Of a stretch of DNA of 64,000 bases, positions 15,124-33,052 are shown piece by piece. Each line of letters begins with the position of its first letter. The first letter of the stretch is position 1. The notes beneath the pieces were generated by a model. It did no database searches, was not told the DNA's origin, and worked only from the letters and a program-made list of their open reading frames with translations. Source of the DNA: Octopus vulgaris (taxonomy: Eukaryota); assembly GCA_951406725.2 (NCBI GenBank), contig OX597820.1, forward strand, positions 62,930,001-62,994,000, in the 5' to 3' direction. The position numbers and the translations under genes are program-made.

Positions 15124-15604
15124 ATATATATATATATATAAGTCATTGATTAGAGAACAAACATCAAATTCGAATCAATGACTTTATATAATACCACTCC
15201 TCCATACATTTGATCATATTAAATATAACCATGACTTTTAACATATAAAGAATACATATATATATATATAAAAGACAGTATGTAAAAATAAATATGCAAT
15301 AAAAATACAAATATATGGAACCGCCTAGCAAGAAGGTATATACAATCGACTAAAAATTTCTAAAGCGTGTCATGCGACTAAATATATAAATAAAATATCA
15401 ATCGACTAAAATTTTTTTTTATCCCCACAATTAAAAATATGTCAAAAAAGTTCATTTCATAAAAACCATGGTAGTTTTTTTTTTTTTATCTTTGCCTTAA
15501 ACTCATTTGAGCTCTTCTTTTTTGCAGTCTTAAAAACATACTTGCCTCCATAAAAAGAGGCAAACATTTTTTCTTGTATATATATATATATATATATATT
15601 CATT

Positions 15605-15805
15605 TAATCTTTTAAATACTGCGGCCATGTTGGAGCAACGCCTCTAGACGAACATATCGACCACATTATTTTTTCTTTGTAAGCCTGGTAATTATTTTTG
15701 CGGTCTCTTTTGCCGAACCGAACCGCAAGGTAGATAAACCAGCATGGGTTGTCAAGCGACGGTGGGTGGGGACAAACACACAAATACACAGACACACACA
15801 CACAT

Positions 15806-15872
<67 letters not shown>

Positions 15873-16040
15873 CTCACATACGATGGTCTTCTTTCAGTTT
15901 CCGTCTACCAAATTTACTCACAAGGCTTTGGTCGTCCCGAGGCTATAGTAGAAGACACTTGTCTAAGATTCCACACAGTGGCACTGAACCTGCAATCATG
16001 TGGATGGTAAGCAAGCTACTTAACACACACCAACTCCTAT
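15605..16040 (-). mobile_element. SINE family A
   Basis: Homologous to 1325-1733 with an expanded internal (CA)n(TA)n. Confidence 0.85.
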
Positions 16041-16894
16041 ATATGTATATGTATATATATATCTATATATCTATATCTACATCGATATCTATCTATCTAT
16101 CTATATATATAGGTATACACAAACACACACAGAGACACACACACACAGACACACACACAGACAGACAGACGCACATATATATATACATATATATACATAT
16201 ACATAAGTGCATTTGTGAGGCGTAAACACACGCACGCACACGCAACACGTCCATTTGCATACACCTATATACATCAAGATGTTTTCGACTCATTCAGCAA
16301 ATAGAAGACATTTTCTAATGTATTGCGCCGTGGATTCGCACTAAGAATAATATTGTCTTAAACCAATGGTGGTATAAAATAAAATTATGTGCTTTTGAGG
16401 CTATATATGTCCTTTTCGAGAGTCATAATTGCTAATTTCAAGCAAAATTCTTAACAAAACAGTCATGCCTATGTTCACTCATTCAATTTGCAAAAATCTC
16501 GAAATTGATAATTATGACGTTAAGAAAGAAAAAAAAGAAAACGGAAAGAAGTATGTAGTAGATAACCAGAATAAAATTGCGGTACATTACCGTATATTTT
16601 TCACTTGTAATGTCACCTGCGCTTTATATTAGACCACATAAGTGAATTTATCTCAATGCTCAACGTATCTATTATTTTTCTGGAGGACTTTCTATGTCTT
16701 CTTTAATTTTATTTGCCGTCTGTAGTATCTATTTCTTACAAACATATTTTCTGTTCGTATCAGCATTTATCATCATCAACGTTTCTCAGTCTCTCTCTCT
16801 CTCTCTCACTCTCTTACTTTTCATTTCTACACACACACACACACAAACACACAAAATCGAATATACAGATATGTGTGTCATACGTGATGCGTGA

Positions 16895-16936
<42 letters not shown>

Positions 16937-17341
16937 GAATATATATAATCATATACATAAATTTATGTTTTATATTTGCAGGTATATACATATGTCGTTT
17001 CATATATATGTATACACGTATATATTTTTATGGGGCGTGTATTTATATACGATTATAAACACGCTCATGCTCATATATATTGCTTAAATTTATTAGCCCA
17101 CTTATTTAAAATCGTTTTCGGAGCCATTACGGAATTAAATGACGATAGCTAGTATGTACTACTCCCACACTTTGCTGTAGGCCGCAAAGGATAAAATCAT
17201 CAACGCTAGATTTTAAAATTACACTGCGTTTAAGACTTGTTGGATTTCATATCTTATCTTACATATGGTGTACTTGAGCTCTAACCTGCTTCAGATTTTG
17301 CAATTACTAAAATTTCATAACAATTTTCTGTTTTCTTTTTC

Positions 17342-17688
17342 TATTATCTCCGCTTTACCGAAGGTGGAGGTATCGTTCAGTCGCGTTTGTTTGTGTGTTT
17401 TTCCTTTTCCGTGGACAAGATATCTCAAGAACCACTGGATGGATTCAGATGAAACTTTCAGGGATGTTTGGTTTCGTGGCTGCTGGCACAAACTGAGTTG
17501 TTTTGGGGACCGATCGAGTACCGGGCAAGGATTCTGGATTATTTTTCTTTTATTTACTTAATTTTTGAGGACAGAGCAGTCAAGTTTATTTCAGATATTC
17601 TCATTTTAAAAATCATCTCTGACCAATCGTTGAAAGGACGTTGGTGTTTCTTTAGTGGAGAATTGCTCTCTCTGCGTGCTCTTGATTC
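17342..17688 (+). mobile_element. Non-autonomous Helentron/DINE-like element
   Basis: Starts tattatctccgctttaccgaaggtggagg (subterminal hairpin), has a gtttgtttg tract and ggatggattcagatgaaactt core, ends ...ctctctctgcgtgctcttgatt; second copy at 48285-48598. Confidence 0.55.
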
Positions 17689-18637
17689 TCTTACTTTTTG
17701 CGCCGCGTGTAAAATTTTATATAAAATTGAGGCGCTATGAAATATTTGTCCAATGTCCTTTAATATATATAAATATAAAGAAATACTAAGGCTCCTGTTT
17801 AGCGAATCATCAACTTATTATTAAAATGTTACACCTGAATGCTTGATGTAAAAGTTAGCCTTATAAATGATATCACTTTACTTATTTCATAAAGATTTAT
17901 ATTTTATATTAGCTGAACTAAATTTTTTGTTTGTTACTTTAAAGAAGATTTAATTCTGATATGTTCCTAATAGATTATGATAATAAGCTGTAGGAATTGC
18001 ATGTGCTGGTTAGTATTCTCCGGGTTTTCATTTCAATGGCTCGGATCTCATCAAGCTTCCAATAATGCATGTATGTGTGTATGTATGTATGTATGTGTGT
18101 ATGTATGTATGTATGTATGTATGTATTTATGTATGTATGTATCAATATGTACAAGATGGTATGAAATAGTTCCAGGACTAATTCTGTTGCCCTACAACAG
18201 ATGACAGCTCATTATGACATACGCAGTGAGAGAAAGCAGAGACCTCCATGTACCGTGTGATACTGTTCTCTTTACTTCAGCAAATTGTGAAATTTGTGTT
18301 TTTGTGATCACATGTATGCTGTAGTCTGCGATTTTGTCATGGACAGAAAGTTGTGAGAAAAAGCCAGCGTGAAATTTTGCGTTAAACTTCGGAAGCCTGC
18401 TACATAGACATTGAGCATGCTTCGGAAAGCTTACGGCGACGTACGCAATGGGACGTATGCAATGGGACGTACGCAATGTCACGAGTGGCACAGGGGCTTG
18501 AAAAGCGGAAGAACCTCCCTGAAAGATGACGAGCGATCTGGAAAACCTGTCACGAGCGTCACCCCCGAAAATGTCTAGAAAATTCATCAGTTTGTGCATG
18601 AGGATTATCGGAGGACAATCAACAGCATTGCTGGTGT

Positions 18638-19336
<699 letters not shown>

Positions 19337-20350
19337 CATTGCTGATGCTGTCAGTCAGTCGTATGGCTCCATGGAAGCAATCATGACGTCTGAATTGAAC
19401 ATTTGGCGTGTCTTCCAAATTCATCCCCGATGTAGACCACTGAGCAGTACGAACATAGTATCGAAGTTTGTCAAATCTCCTTCAGAGTTCCGCTGATGAC
19501 CGATCTTTCGTGTGGAGGATCATCACCGGTGGCGAAATTCGGGCCTATAGGTACGAGCCTGAGATGAAGCAGCCGCTGTCACAACGGAAGAGGCCTTCAT
19601 CTCCATGTCCGAAGAAGGTATCTCGAACCCGTAGCTCAATCAAGAATATGCTCATCGTTTTTTCGACATCCGCCATACTGACCATCAAAAATTTGTGTCC
19701 TGGATTTAAACCGTCAATCGAGAGTTCTAATATGAGGTTTTGAAGCGTATGAGTGGGGACATTCGGCGAAAGCGTCCGGATCTGTGGAGTGCGAAGAATT
19801 GGATTCTTCACAACGGTAGGGCACCCTGTGACCGAACTCTCTTCACTCGTGAGTTTCTTGCCAAAAACAACATGTTATCGCTTCCGTACCTGCGGTATTC
19901 GCCAGATATAGCACCTGTGGAGTTCCATCTCTTCCTCAAGATGAAAATGCAGCTCATATGACGCCGTTTTAGCACCATTGTCAAGAGCAAGATCGATTAC
20001 AGAAGGTCCTCGATTCGCTTACTGAAAACGGCTTCCATACTGGATTCAAAGGAACGCAAGGACCGGTGTATTGCTGACTATTTCGAAGGAGAGGATGTTA
20101 AAACTTAGGTAAATAAGTTAAATTTTATTAAACGTAACTAGCATAACTAGTCCTGCAACTTTGTGATACCACCTCCTATGCATATTTGTATATACATACT
20201 TATACACACACACTCACACACACACATACATATATATATATATGTACATGCATATATCCATTCGTCAATAAATATATACTCTGTTGTCTATACACATCTC
20301 CAACGTGCGCAAGCACACACACACACACACTCACACAAACACACACATAC

Positions 20351-20393
<43 letters not shown>

Positions 20394-20924
20394 GAGTCAC
20401 GTTTCTCATAAAAATAACGACTTTATATTTTGTAAAATTTTATATTTTATCAGGCGGGGTTAATATCATAATAACTATTTGGCATAGCGTTTCATATATA
20501 TTATTATAAAGTATTTATGTAATTTTGTCTATATGCTCATAATTCGTAAACAAGCTAAAAACATGTCAGAATCTCGAAGTTTAGCTTAACTCTATTGACT
20601 AATTTCTGTTCGCTTACCGCATTAACGATTCTGCGTTTGCGAGATTTATGACTGGTATATCTAGTATGACTAACTCTAATGAAAAATATTTTTCACCATC
20701 ATAGTATTGTTTATACATGAAAGCTGCTGGGTGCTTTACAACATCTAGCATCGCATAGGCAATGGCTGCTGGCAATAAACGTATCTTTTTAAATTGAACT
20801 TTCTCGAACTTTCTTTATCGCAACATAAGTGTTATCAGTTTAAAAGATATATATATCGCCAGCAGTCATAACTTCTATAGTACTGGGAGATGTAAGGGAA
20901 ACAACTGCTTTTATACACATGGTA

Positions 20925-21150
<226 letters not shown>

Positions 21151-22047
21151 AACACTATAATTAATATAGTTAGCTGTCTGAATCTTTAGAGCTGTCAAAA
21201 AGAATACTTTGCACTTATTTTTTGACGCTTTACATTCTGAGTTCAAAATGACAAGTTTAACTTGGATTTGCATCGCTCTGGGGAACCGATAAAATATAAT
21301 GCCAATAAATTGCTGGTGTTGGTGCTATTCAACTAACACTCTTCTCTAAAAAGTCTGTGCTTAAACCTGAAACAATTATTAAAAGCATCATACATCCTAG
21401 TCACCATCATTAAACAAATTGATAATACCTCTACAATTATAGTAATTCTATGGAAATTCATGTGTTTTCTTTTGGTTTATACGTTCTTGCAGACAGGCGG
21501 TATCTGTTATATATTTGCACTAGTAATTTCGTGAGAGCCTCTAATTCTTTTAAAGCATTATCTAACGTGCTAATTATTAAGATGGTTCACAAGAAGGAGA
21601 CAAATTTGTCGTTTGTAGAATATTAGAATTATGTTTAAGGCAGTTCAGTTACTACCTAGTAAATATTCACCTTGACCTTAAACCTATCATGCTAGAAATT
21701 ATATTTACACAAATTAGGATTGAAATACCTTCGACGTTAGTAGGCATTTTACAAAATTGCCCAACTTTTTTGAAATTCTTTCATACTGATAAAATGAACT
21801 CATGCAGAATAACGAAACATATTCCATGCACATTTACACTTTTTTTTTTATTCAAAAGCTCCACAAAACAAGAACGTGTTTCTGTAATATTTCATTATCT
21901 TATGACATCCAAACAGAAAATATATCATTTGTATGATATTTTTTTTATCACGGACAATACATCCAAACATTATCACGTGCATAAATGCTAGAGAATAAAA
22001 TCGCCATAACTGTGGCCAGTGAAATCTTATAGGTTAGCTCAGTCTGT

Positions 22048-22265
22048 AAGGCGGTGAGCTGGAGGAATCGTTATCGCACCAAACAAAATGTTTAGCGGAA
22101 TTTCTTTCGGTTCTTTAGGGTCTGAGTTCCAATAATGCTGAGTTCAACTTCGTCTTCCTTTTCTTTCAGAACCGATAGAATAAGCAGCAGTTGATCACTG
22201 GGATCGATAAAATCCACCAAACTGTCTTCCCTACAGCTGCAGGCCTAAACCAAAATTTGAAGCAA
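22048..22265 (+). mobile_element. SINE family D, degenerate
   Basis: aaggcggtgagctggaggaatcgtta...tctgagttcc matches the head of 38750-39340; further decayed copies near 21185-21375, 41005-41092, 48605-48770. Confidence 0.65.
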
Positions 22266-22620
22266 ATATCTATAGCTGTGGTACGTCTCTGTTATGGAAT
22301 GAAGAGCATTGAAAATGTAAAGGGTAAATTTGAACAATCTGCTGTAGTAAAAGGGAAAACCTAGAAATGTCTGGCACGGAAAAACAAATCTAACCAAATG
22401 CCTCAAGTACGGAAAAAGCAGAGCTCTGTCGAACATATAAAAAATAGATCGGACTAGTGTCTCTTTATCACACAATCATTTCTCTTTTAATCCGCAATCT
22501 AAGGCTTCTGCAGTAATTCTTATAAGATCTATTAATCTTTAGATAAGTTGTTCAGTAACTGATAGACCTCTTACATCATGTATTATAAGTGCCATATATA
22601 TGACATGGGTTTATTTGAGA

Positions 22621-22972
22621 TGGATGGAAGCACTCCGTCGGTTACGACGATGAGGGTTCCGGTTGATCCGAATCAACGGAACAGCCTGCTCGTGAAATTA
22701 ACGTGTAAGTGGCTGAGCACTCCACAGACACGTGCACCCTTAACGTAGTTCTCGGGGATATTCAGCGTGATACAGAGAGTGACAAGGCCGGCCCTTTGAA
22801 ATACAGGTACAACAGAAACAGGAAGTAAGAGTGAGAGAAAGCTGTGGTGAAAGAGTACAGCAGGGTTCACCACCCCCTGCCGGAGCCTCGTGGAGCTTTT
22901 AGGTGTCTTCGCTCAATAAACACTCACAACGCCCGGTCTGGGAATCGAAACCGCGATCCTATGACCGCGAGT
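22621..22972 (-). mobile_element. SINE family C head (5'-truncated) with tail type 3
   Basis: Head shared with 8078 and 18878; tail ...cgtcgtaaccgacggagtgcttccatcc shared with 56297-56652. Confidence 0.88.
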
Positions 22973-23737
22973 TATTTGAGATATTCATCAGTCGAATATC
23001 AACTCAATCTGGAAATATATAGAAAATGTACTGTTTCCATGAGTTGTTAGTAGATTCTGTATTATTAGAATACTTGTACAAAATAGATTATGAGAAAACC
23101 TACAATGATTTGTTCTTCCACGACTTCCCTCCAGTGTGATACTAAGCATACCTTGTTTTAAAGTGCCATACGAAAACTGTAGTTTGTTAATATTGATCTG
23201 CGTCTTTTAACATTTCTTAATATTATGTTAAATAGAAAAAATTTTTGCAACAAAATTTCCGATATAATGTGGAATATGAAGAAGTTGTAAATTCTGAAAA
23301 TTCAAAACTTCTAAGATACGGCATTACAGAAATAATTAATTCACAACAGCGAGAGCTTATGTTGAATTTCAAGGGGTTAACGCTTATCTAAATATCCCAA
23401 TGAAAATTTTAAAGTATAATGCAACTAATTAGCGTTTACTTTGAAGTTCGTATATCTATAGAAAGATTTTACACAGCTTTCCAAGCACCTGCGTTTCTAT
23501 ATCCATTTCTTCGAGTTACAAAATCTGCTGCAAAATTTCCATCAGCGGCTCAGAGTCGTCGATCAATTTATCAACAAACGCTATCTATACATACGTGGAT
23601 TTCGTTTGCAGATTTGCAATATCACAACACGATAAAAACCTTTCAAATTTCAATAAAACAGCAGCACGTAATTATCAAACGTTGAAGAATGCACACACAT
23701 ACACACACACACATACACACACACACACAGACACACA

Positions 23738-23818
<81 letters not shown>

Positions 23819-24485
23819 TTATACATGTGTATATATGTATATATGTATATATATATATATGTATGCGTGTGAGTATATATACATACATATAAAGATATAT
23901 ATATGAATCTAAATTAATATCTATTAATTTATTTCGTCATCTAATTTTTATTTCATATGGGAAATGACGCTATTAATGTTTTAAAGAGATATCTATAACT
24001 TAAAATAGTAAGGCGATACAACGGGTGCTTCAGATTTTCATCTTGTAGGCCAAATGGATCACATCCAACATTTCAAAAATTAGGCTGAAAATTGAAAATT
24101 TCCTTGTATCTAAAGAAGCTATAAAAATATATCGATTCTATTAAAAATGCTATTAAACTGGTAAGTAAGGCAGCTATTGATCATCATTTGCATTTTAGTA
24201 TTAAAAGAGATGGTACCGATGCAACCTTTCTTGCAGCATTATCAAACGTTGGTAGATCTTTGACATTTTTTGTCAAAGTCCTTAAATAATTCTGAAGCAT
24301 AAAAAAAGGAAGAAAAATGAACAATGAAAAGACAAACACTGCATTGTCAAAAAAGAAACTAATGCCGTTTTAGAAGCTGTGAGAAAATGGAAATATTTCC
24401 TCACGAAACACTTTAATTTGTTAATAGATCAAAGCTTCGTCTCCTTCATGTTTTACAATAAACCCGTGGGAAAAATATGATAATG

Positions 24486-24551
<66 letters not shown>

Positions 24552-25162
24552 TGATGATAAAATACAGGATGAATATATTAATATATACATACGACTAGCA
24601 ACAATTCATTAACTGTGGTAACTGTGATGAATAATAATTTTAATAATAATAGTATTGCTTATCAAAAATGTCACTCATGTTCCTTACATCTTAACACACG
24701 TGGTGAAATACGTTTCTTTTAAATGGATAGTACGGATACTTTCTAGAACATTCTTTATCACAACACAAGCAACCTTCATAGTGGCAACTTGATTAGCATG
24801 AAATGTTTATATTTCTTTATCGTTGTTTAACTGTAGGAATGCCCTGAAGGAGCAAACCTATAACAAAGCAACAATAGCAGTACCATATTAATTTTTAAGT
24901 GACATAGCATATGAAAGTGTAAGATATATATTTTTTATATATATATAGCTGGTAGGTTTTTGATTTGAGCGAGGTTTCGTTACTAATTCCCACAGGTTAT
25001 GAGATCATCGATCTAACACATTTATTGATTTCTTTGGTTTAACCTAGAATATACCCCGTCTGAATATACCTAATAGCAAAACCATGGTGGAAATTGTAGG
25101 GAAGTAACTTGAAAGCATTAGGTAAAGTGCTATTTCCATTTTCCAAAATCGTATCGTAAGTG

Positions 25163-26568
<1,406 letters not shown>

Positions 26569-26660
26569 CAAGACTTTTCATTTTCCCTAGCGTCAAACTA
26601 ACACACCTCTTTGTTCATACTCATGTCTTCGTCTTCTGCTTTTTTTCTAAATTTCAACTA

Positions 26661-26787
<127 letters not shown>

Positions 26788-26879
26788 GTCTATCTATATA
26801 TATATATATATCTCTCTATATCTATATCTATATGTACATATATATATATATATATATACATACATACATCCCGACACGC

Positions 26880-26959
<80 letters not shown>

Positions 26960-27682
26960 GTGTGTGTATGTATTCACATATGCCTCTGTTTGTCCCAATA
27001 TTTATTAAGATGCTCAATCTAACTTGGTTACTCTCCTTATAACCCCGTAAGCTACGGTGAAAGTCTCAAAAAATGATTTCGTGTAGTAGATAGCTAATAA
27101 GCGTCGACATCTTATGTAGGCTGACGGAATTTTCATCTGCACCAACGGATGGTACTACTATATCTTACGATTTTAACGTATTTCGGATAATCACCAGCAA
27201 GAAGCCAGTCAAATGCATAGCGAATAATACCGGCTAAAATAATTATTTCAGCCTCGAAACTTTTGTTGATAGGTTGATGAATACGGTGAGGTTCGATTAC
27301 CGAAAACCATATTTTTGATAATCTAGCACATTTTCTCCGATTGCATCTTAGCAAACATATGCATTGCAAATTGTGGAAGAGAGTTTGACATGCATGCAAG
27401 TGAATGGGGAAATTGTCTTCAATCGTGACGTGATACTCGAAGATGTCTGTGTGTGGGAAAATTTCGAAGACATTCATATGACATGAAGTATTCCAAAATG
27501 GTATCCATTTTCCCTATTAACATACCTAAAAGAATAATATCATATGACACATTTTATTTTTGAGTATATTCTTTGTACTTCAGAATAAACTCCATTCATA
27601 ATGGCAGCAGTCTTGTTGCAGCCAGGTACATTGAAACACCAGGAATATATTTCAGAAGGTTGATATATTCATCAATGATAAT

Positions 27683-27885
27683 GCAGTGAGCTGTCAGAAT
27701 CGTTAGCACTCCGGGTGAAATGCTTAGCGGCGATGTTTCGTCCGTTTTTACGTTTTGAATTTAGATTCCACTGAGGTCGACTCTGCCTCTTATTCCTTAG
27801 GGGGTGTTAAAATAAGTGCCAAATGCAATCAACTTAACCCCTTCCTTCGAAATTTCTGACCTTGTGCCAAAATTTGAAACCAATA
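27683..27885 (+). mobile_element. SINE family D
   Basis: gagctgtcagaatcgttagcactccgggtgaaatgcttagcgg...gaggtcgactctgcct matches family D. Confidence 0.75.
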
Positions 27886-28722
27886 TTTTCATCGATAACA
27901 ATATGAAGTTCTATAGGATTTCAGGGATCAGAGCATATTATAAGCATCTATCATAGTGGTTCTTACATTAATTATCGTTTTCACACTTACTTTTTAAGTA
28001 GCCAATTGTTTGAATTTCCGATTCCCGTCATTTTCTCATTTAGTTTACATTTTCATATTTTTCTTGCCTCGAATTTGACACTGGTTGTTCCTATTTACGG
28101 AACACCTTGCAGCTTTCATTTACTGTGTAATTAAATATTCATATTTAATTTAACGTTTTATCAGTTGCTTATTAACTCATAATTGCGTTTCATTAATGTG
28201 TGAAATGAATCATTATTAAACCGGAATACTATAATTTGAAGTCGAGTAAATGAATTAAAATTAATCGTTGTTTATATTTTTAAAGGAAGAACTAAAGAAT
28301 ACAAGAAAAGGACGGCCAAGGAAGACAAAAAAAAAGACAAAATAAGGCTAGAGGGCCAATAAAATAAGATAAAAGGCAGAAAACGGAAAAGAAGAGATTA
28401 AAAGAATCATAAGAGAAAGAGGAAAACGAAGTACAGAGCTGAAAGGAGTTTTGTGACAGCGGCAGAAAAAAAAATGAGAGTAATGGATTGAGAGAAGAAA
28501 AGAGAGATGACAGACGGGATGGATACTTGTAGAAGCAAATGTTTCAGTGAAAAGTAAGAGAGAGAAAAGTATAATACTGGGACTTAGCAGCGATAAAGTA
28601 TTGGATGAGCAATCGAAAGATTCACACAGAAGAACGAGAAGTGGGGATATCAGCATTCATGCTCATAATTTATATATACATAACCGTATAACCGTTTCTG
28701 TCTCTCTCTTACTTCCTATTAG

Positions 28723-28748
28723 GCTATATAAATATCTTTCATTCATTC
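28723..28748 (+). other. Candidate 26-nt micro-exon
   Basis: Branch-like taac motifs, polypyrimidine tract tttctgtctctctcttacttcctattag, donor gtaagt; open frames LYKYLSFI or YINIFHSF. Confidence 0.4.
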
Positions 28749-29138
28749 GTAAGTGAGGTCAATCCAACAAGTTGAATCTTTCAAAACCTAAATCCTCGGC
28801 TTAAAACAACTGACAGATTCTGTCTGATCTTCAGTTTGACCAATTCTCTCTATGTTAATCTCTTCACATAATACTGAAATCGATAGAAAAAAGAACACTT
28901 TCCTATTTGCGAGAATGATACGCTTTCTTTCATTTTTCATTCTCTTTCTTTTCTTTTCCAGTTTTCTTCGGTTTTCTTTCGTTCTTTCCCTCCTTTCTCG
29001 CTTTCACTTTCGCTCAGCTTCTTTGTCGCTACTGGTAACTGATCTCTTCTTATCTTCAGCGGGTCTTTCATACTTTAGATCGTTCATCCTTTTCTTTCTT
29101 ACATATATATATATATGTGTGTGTGTGTGTATGTGTGT

Positions 29139-29192
<54 letters not shown>

Positions 29193-29915
29193 GTGTGTGT
29201 GCATGTATGTATGTATGTATATTACAAATTCCCGCTTTTTAACGTTGTAATCGCAACGGTACGTTACTTCCTTTTGTCTGCCTACCTCTCTACTGATATT
29301 TTCTCCTTTAGGTCATCTCTCTCACTTTCATCACGATTTTTTTTTCGGTGCTATGTTAGACTCTTTACCTCTCTTAGAATTTCTTCTCTTTCTTCTTCAA
29401 ATTTCTGTTTTTATTTATATATCCTCACTTCATCCTTTTCACTCATTCATTCCATCTACTTTCACATTAACGCTCTCTCTTCTTTCTTTCTGTACCTCTT
29501 ATTTCTCTACCACCCTCTGCTCTCTTTCTCTTTTCTCTTACTACTCACAATATCATAACTTTTAGTTATCTTCCAATGTGCCACTACTTCTCTCTCTCTC
29601 TCTTTCATTCTCTTTGTCTTCAAACACCTATCCTTCTGTCTACCCCCTGCTCTTCTCACTCCTACTATTTCTTACTCCACTCCCCTTTTTCCCTTCTGTT
29701 ACCGACACAAAGTTTCCCAAATTTTTAAATCACGCTCGGTGTATGTATGCGTATGTCTCTGTGTACGCTTTTTCCTCATCTGTTTCCTTCCACAAGGAAA
29801 ATCACTCTTCCTCAATTTCTCACACAATCTCTTACTCTCTCCGTTTCCTCCATAACGACTCTCTCTTTTTACCCACACCGGGCTCTGTGACAACTCAACA
29901 TGTTTAGCAAACACG

Positions 29916-29952
<37 letters not shown>

Positions 29953-30704
29953 ACTCAAACTTTTTCTTTCACAACGAATCTTTATTTTTCCATCCAAGCT
30001 CTCTACCTTTTTTCTGTAAAAAGCGCTCCCTTTCTCTGTTTCTTCCCTTTTCTTACTCCCTCTTCTGCTCACAATCTCTGCCTTTCTTCTGTTTCCTCTT
30101 ACGAGCTTTTTTGCTACATTATATCCTGCCCCCCCTCTCTCTCTCTCTCTCCCTTTCTCTTTTTCTCTAAAGTTCTCTTTTCTCATATAAACCCCCTCTT
30201 TCTCTCCTTCATACACTTCCACTTTTTTTTTCGTTTACCCTTTCTCTTATCCACGCTATCTATTTCTATGATAAAATTTTCTTTCGTTGTTTCTCTGTCA
30301 AACTTTTCATTTGTCTGTCTGCTTTTCTCTTCTTTTCTGTTTCCTTTACAAGTTCTCACTTTCACTTTCCATCTCATCGTTTCAACACATTCGTTCTCTC
30401 TGTCTATCTATTTCATCTATGCAAGCTCTATACTCTATTAACGTCGAGCTGGTGTGCGTGTGAACCCTCATATTAGTTTAAAAGAAGCTTTACAACTAAC
30501 AAAAAGAAATCATAGCTGATGGGATTTCCAGGGATTTCCAATATATTCTTCGCCTTCCTTTTGAAGTTTTTCTTCTGTTTTTCCTTTCCCTTCTTTTCGT
30601 CATAAAAAAATAATATTTAAAAGGAAAAGAAAAGAGAAAAAAAATTTTCAATAAATTCTTCAAAATATATAACACAAAAAACAACATCGTCTACAACTAC
30701 AACG

Positions 30705-30727
30705 AAAATCTACTATTACTACCACCA

Positions 30728-30776
<49 letters not shown>

Positions 30777-30777
30777 T

Positions 30778-30829
<52 letters not shown>

Positions 30830-30848
30830 ACTACTACTACTACTAGTA

Positions 30849-30886
<38 letters not shown>

Positions 30887-30933
30887 GCTACAATAACAAC
30901 TACTACTACTACTATTACTACTAATAATAATGA

Positions 30934-30965
<32 letters not shown>

Positions 30966-31028
30966 ATAATAATAATAATGATAATAATAATAATAACAAC
31001 AACAGCAATACTAATAATAAAAAAAAAA

Positions 31029-31089
<61 letters not shown>

Positions 31090-31112
31090 GTGATAGTAGT
31101 AGTAGTAATAAT
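30705..31112. repeat. Compound trinucleotide microsatellite (ACT/GCT/AAT/AGT)
   Basis: Direct observation. Confidence 0.95.
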
Positions 31113-31476
31113 TCTACCGCATACCGCCACAAACAAGATTACCGATAATAATAATTATCATATTTATCATCATTAACAATCATCATCATTGTCTCAACAA
31201 GATTGTTTTTTCATAATGTAATTTATTTCATTCTAATTCATCTCATCATGCTATTATATATAAAAAGAAAAATGCATAAATAGAAATGATGGAACATTCT
31301 CAAACCATTATTTTTTTCGTTCTTCTTCTTTATTTGTTTTTTTTTTGTTATTTTTTTGTTTTGCTTTGTTTTACTTTTGTCAGAACCTGTAGCTGTTTCG
31401 TTTCACGTGATATTCTCGTATCATCCCTAAATAGAAAATTATCATAACAACAACAGCAATAATAATAATGATGATG

Positions 31477-31564
<88 letters not shown>

Positions 31565-32337
31565 AGATGAATATTACAAAAAGTAAAAGGAATTGAAATA
31601 TATAAAAAAAAAACACATTCATATTTCTTCAACCATTCTGGTGCCCTTTCAGGGATGAGAACAATCTTTGGTGATACATTTTTATTTCATATTAATGTGA
31701 TGATTTATTGTGATATAAAACGGTGTGCCATGAAGAAAATATGGTCGACTATCATATTTTCATTTTTTCCCCTTCCAGCGCATTTTCTCCGAAACACTAT
31801 TTTTTTTGTTTTTCTGTTAACAGCTGAGAGGATTTACATCAAGAAAATTTTGAAAGAAAAAATAAATCTTGCTAAATGTTCTTTTGTTAAACCCCAGTTC
31901 TGCCCTTATCAAGCAGACACATGATGACAGGCACTCCCGCCTTGAGCACAACGTATTTGTTTCACACACAGTGTATCTAGAATTATATTATCTAATGTCA
32001 TTTGTTGGAAGTAATATGAGAGAGATTTACCTGCTATTTCTAGTGTGTTAAATCACCAGGTAAAAGGTCTAATGCATTGCTTGCATATACTCATACATAT
32101 GTATGCAGAAATATATATGTTTTATATACATATACATACACGTGTGTTCGAAGAGTTGTATACAGCAAAAGCTCTGAAAATCTATATGAAACTTCCTCCC
32201 ATAATGTTTCTTTCATTTTACTATATAATTATTCGGTTTTAATTTAAGAGATTTTTTCCTCAAATATCGTGATTGTTTACATACATACATACACACATAC
32301 ATACATACATACATACATACATACATACATACATACA

Positions 32338-32399
<62 letters not shown>

Positions 32400-32429
32400 C
32401 ATACATACTACTCTTTTACACTACTTTTT

Positions 32430-32826
32430 ACACTCTTTTACTCTTTACACTACCACAATTTACTCGTTTCAGTCATTCGACTTCGGCCATGCTAGAGCAA
32501 CGCCTTTAGTCTAAGAATTTGACCCCAGGACTTATTCTTTGTAAGCCTAGTATTTATTTCTCATTTATCGAATTGCTAAATTTCGGGGACATAAACACAC
32601 CGACATCGGTTGTCAAGCAATGGTGAGGGGACAAACACATCCACACACACATAAATATATATTTATATACACGGCGGGTTTCCTTCAGTTTTCGTCTATC
32701 AAATCCACTCACAAGGTTTTGGTCAGCCCGAGGCTAGAGTACAAGTCAAGAAGGTGCCACGCATTTTGAAACTGAAAAACCATGTGGTCTTGCTAAATGT
32801 TCTTTTGTTACCACACAGCCACACCT
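32430..32826 (-). mobile_element. SINE family A
   Basis: Homologous to 1325-1733. Confidence 0.8.
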
Positions 32827-33008
32827 GTTCTGCAGACCTTATCAAGCAGACACAGACTTCAGATTTCAGTGAAAACTCCACCCATCCTTACATTTGTTCC
32901 GAGACCTAGGCTTCCATCTTGTCGTTAACTACAGCTTTACAAAAATCAAAAGATGCAACGAAATACATATTTCCCTGCTTCCACACACATATATGTGTAT
33001 GTATACAT

Positions 33009-33052
<44 letters not shown>

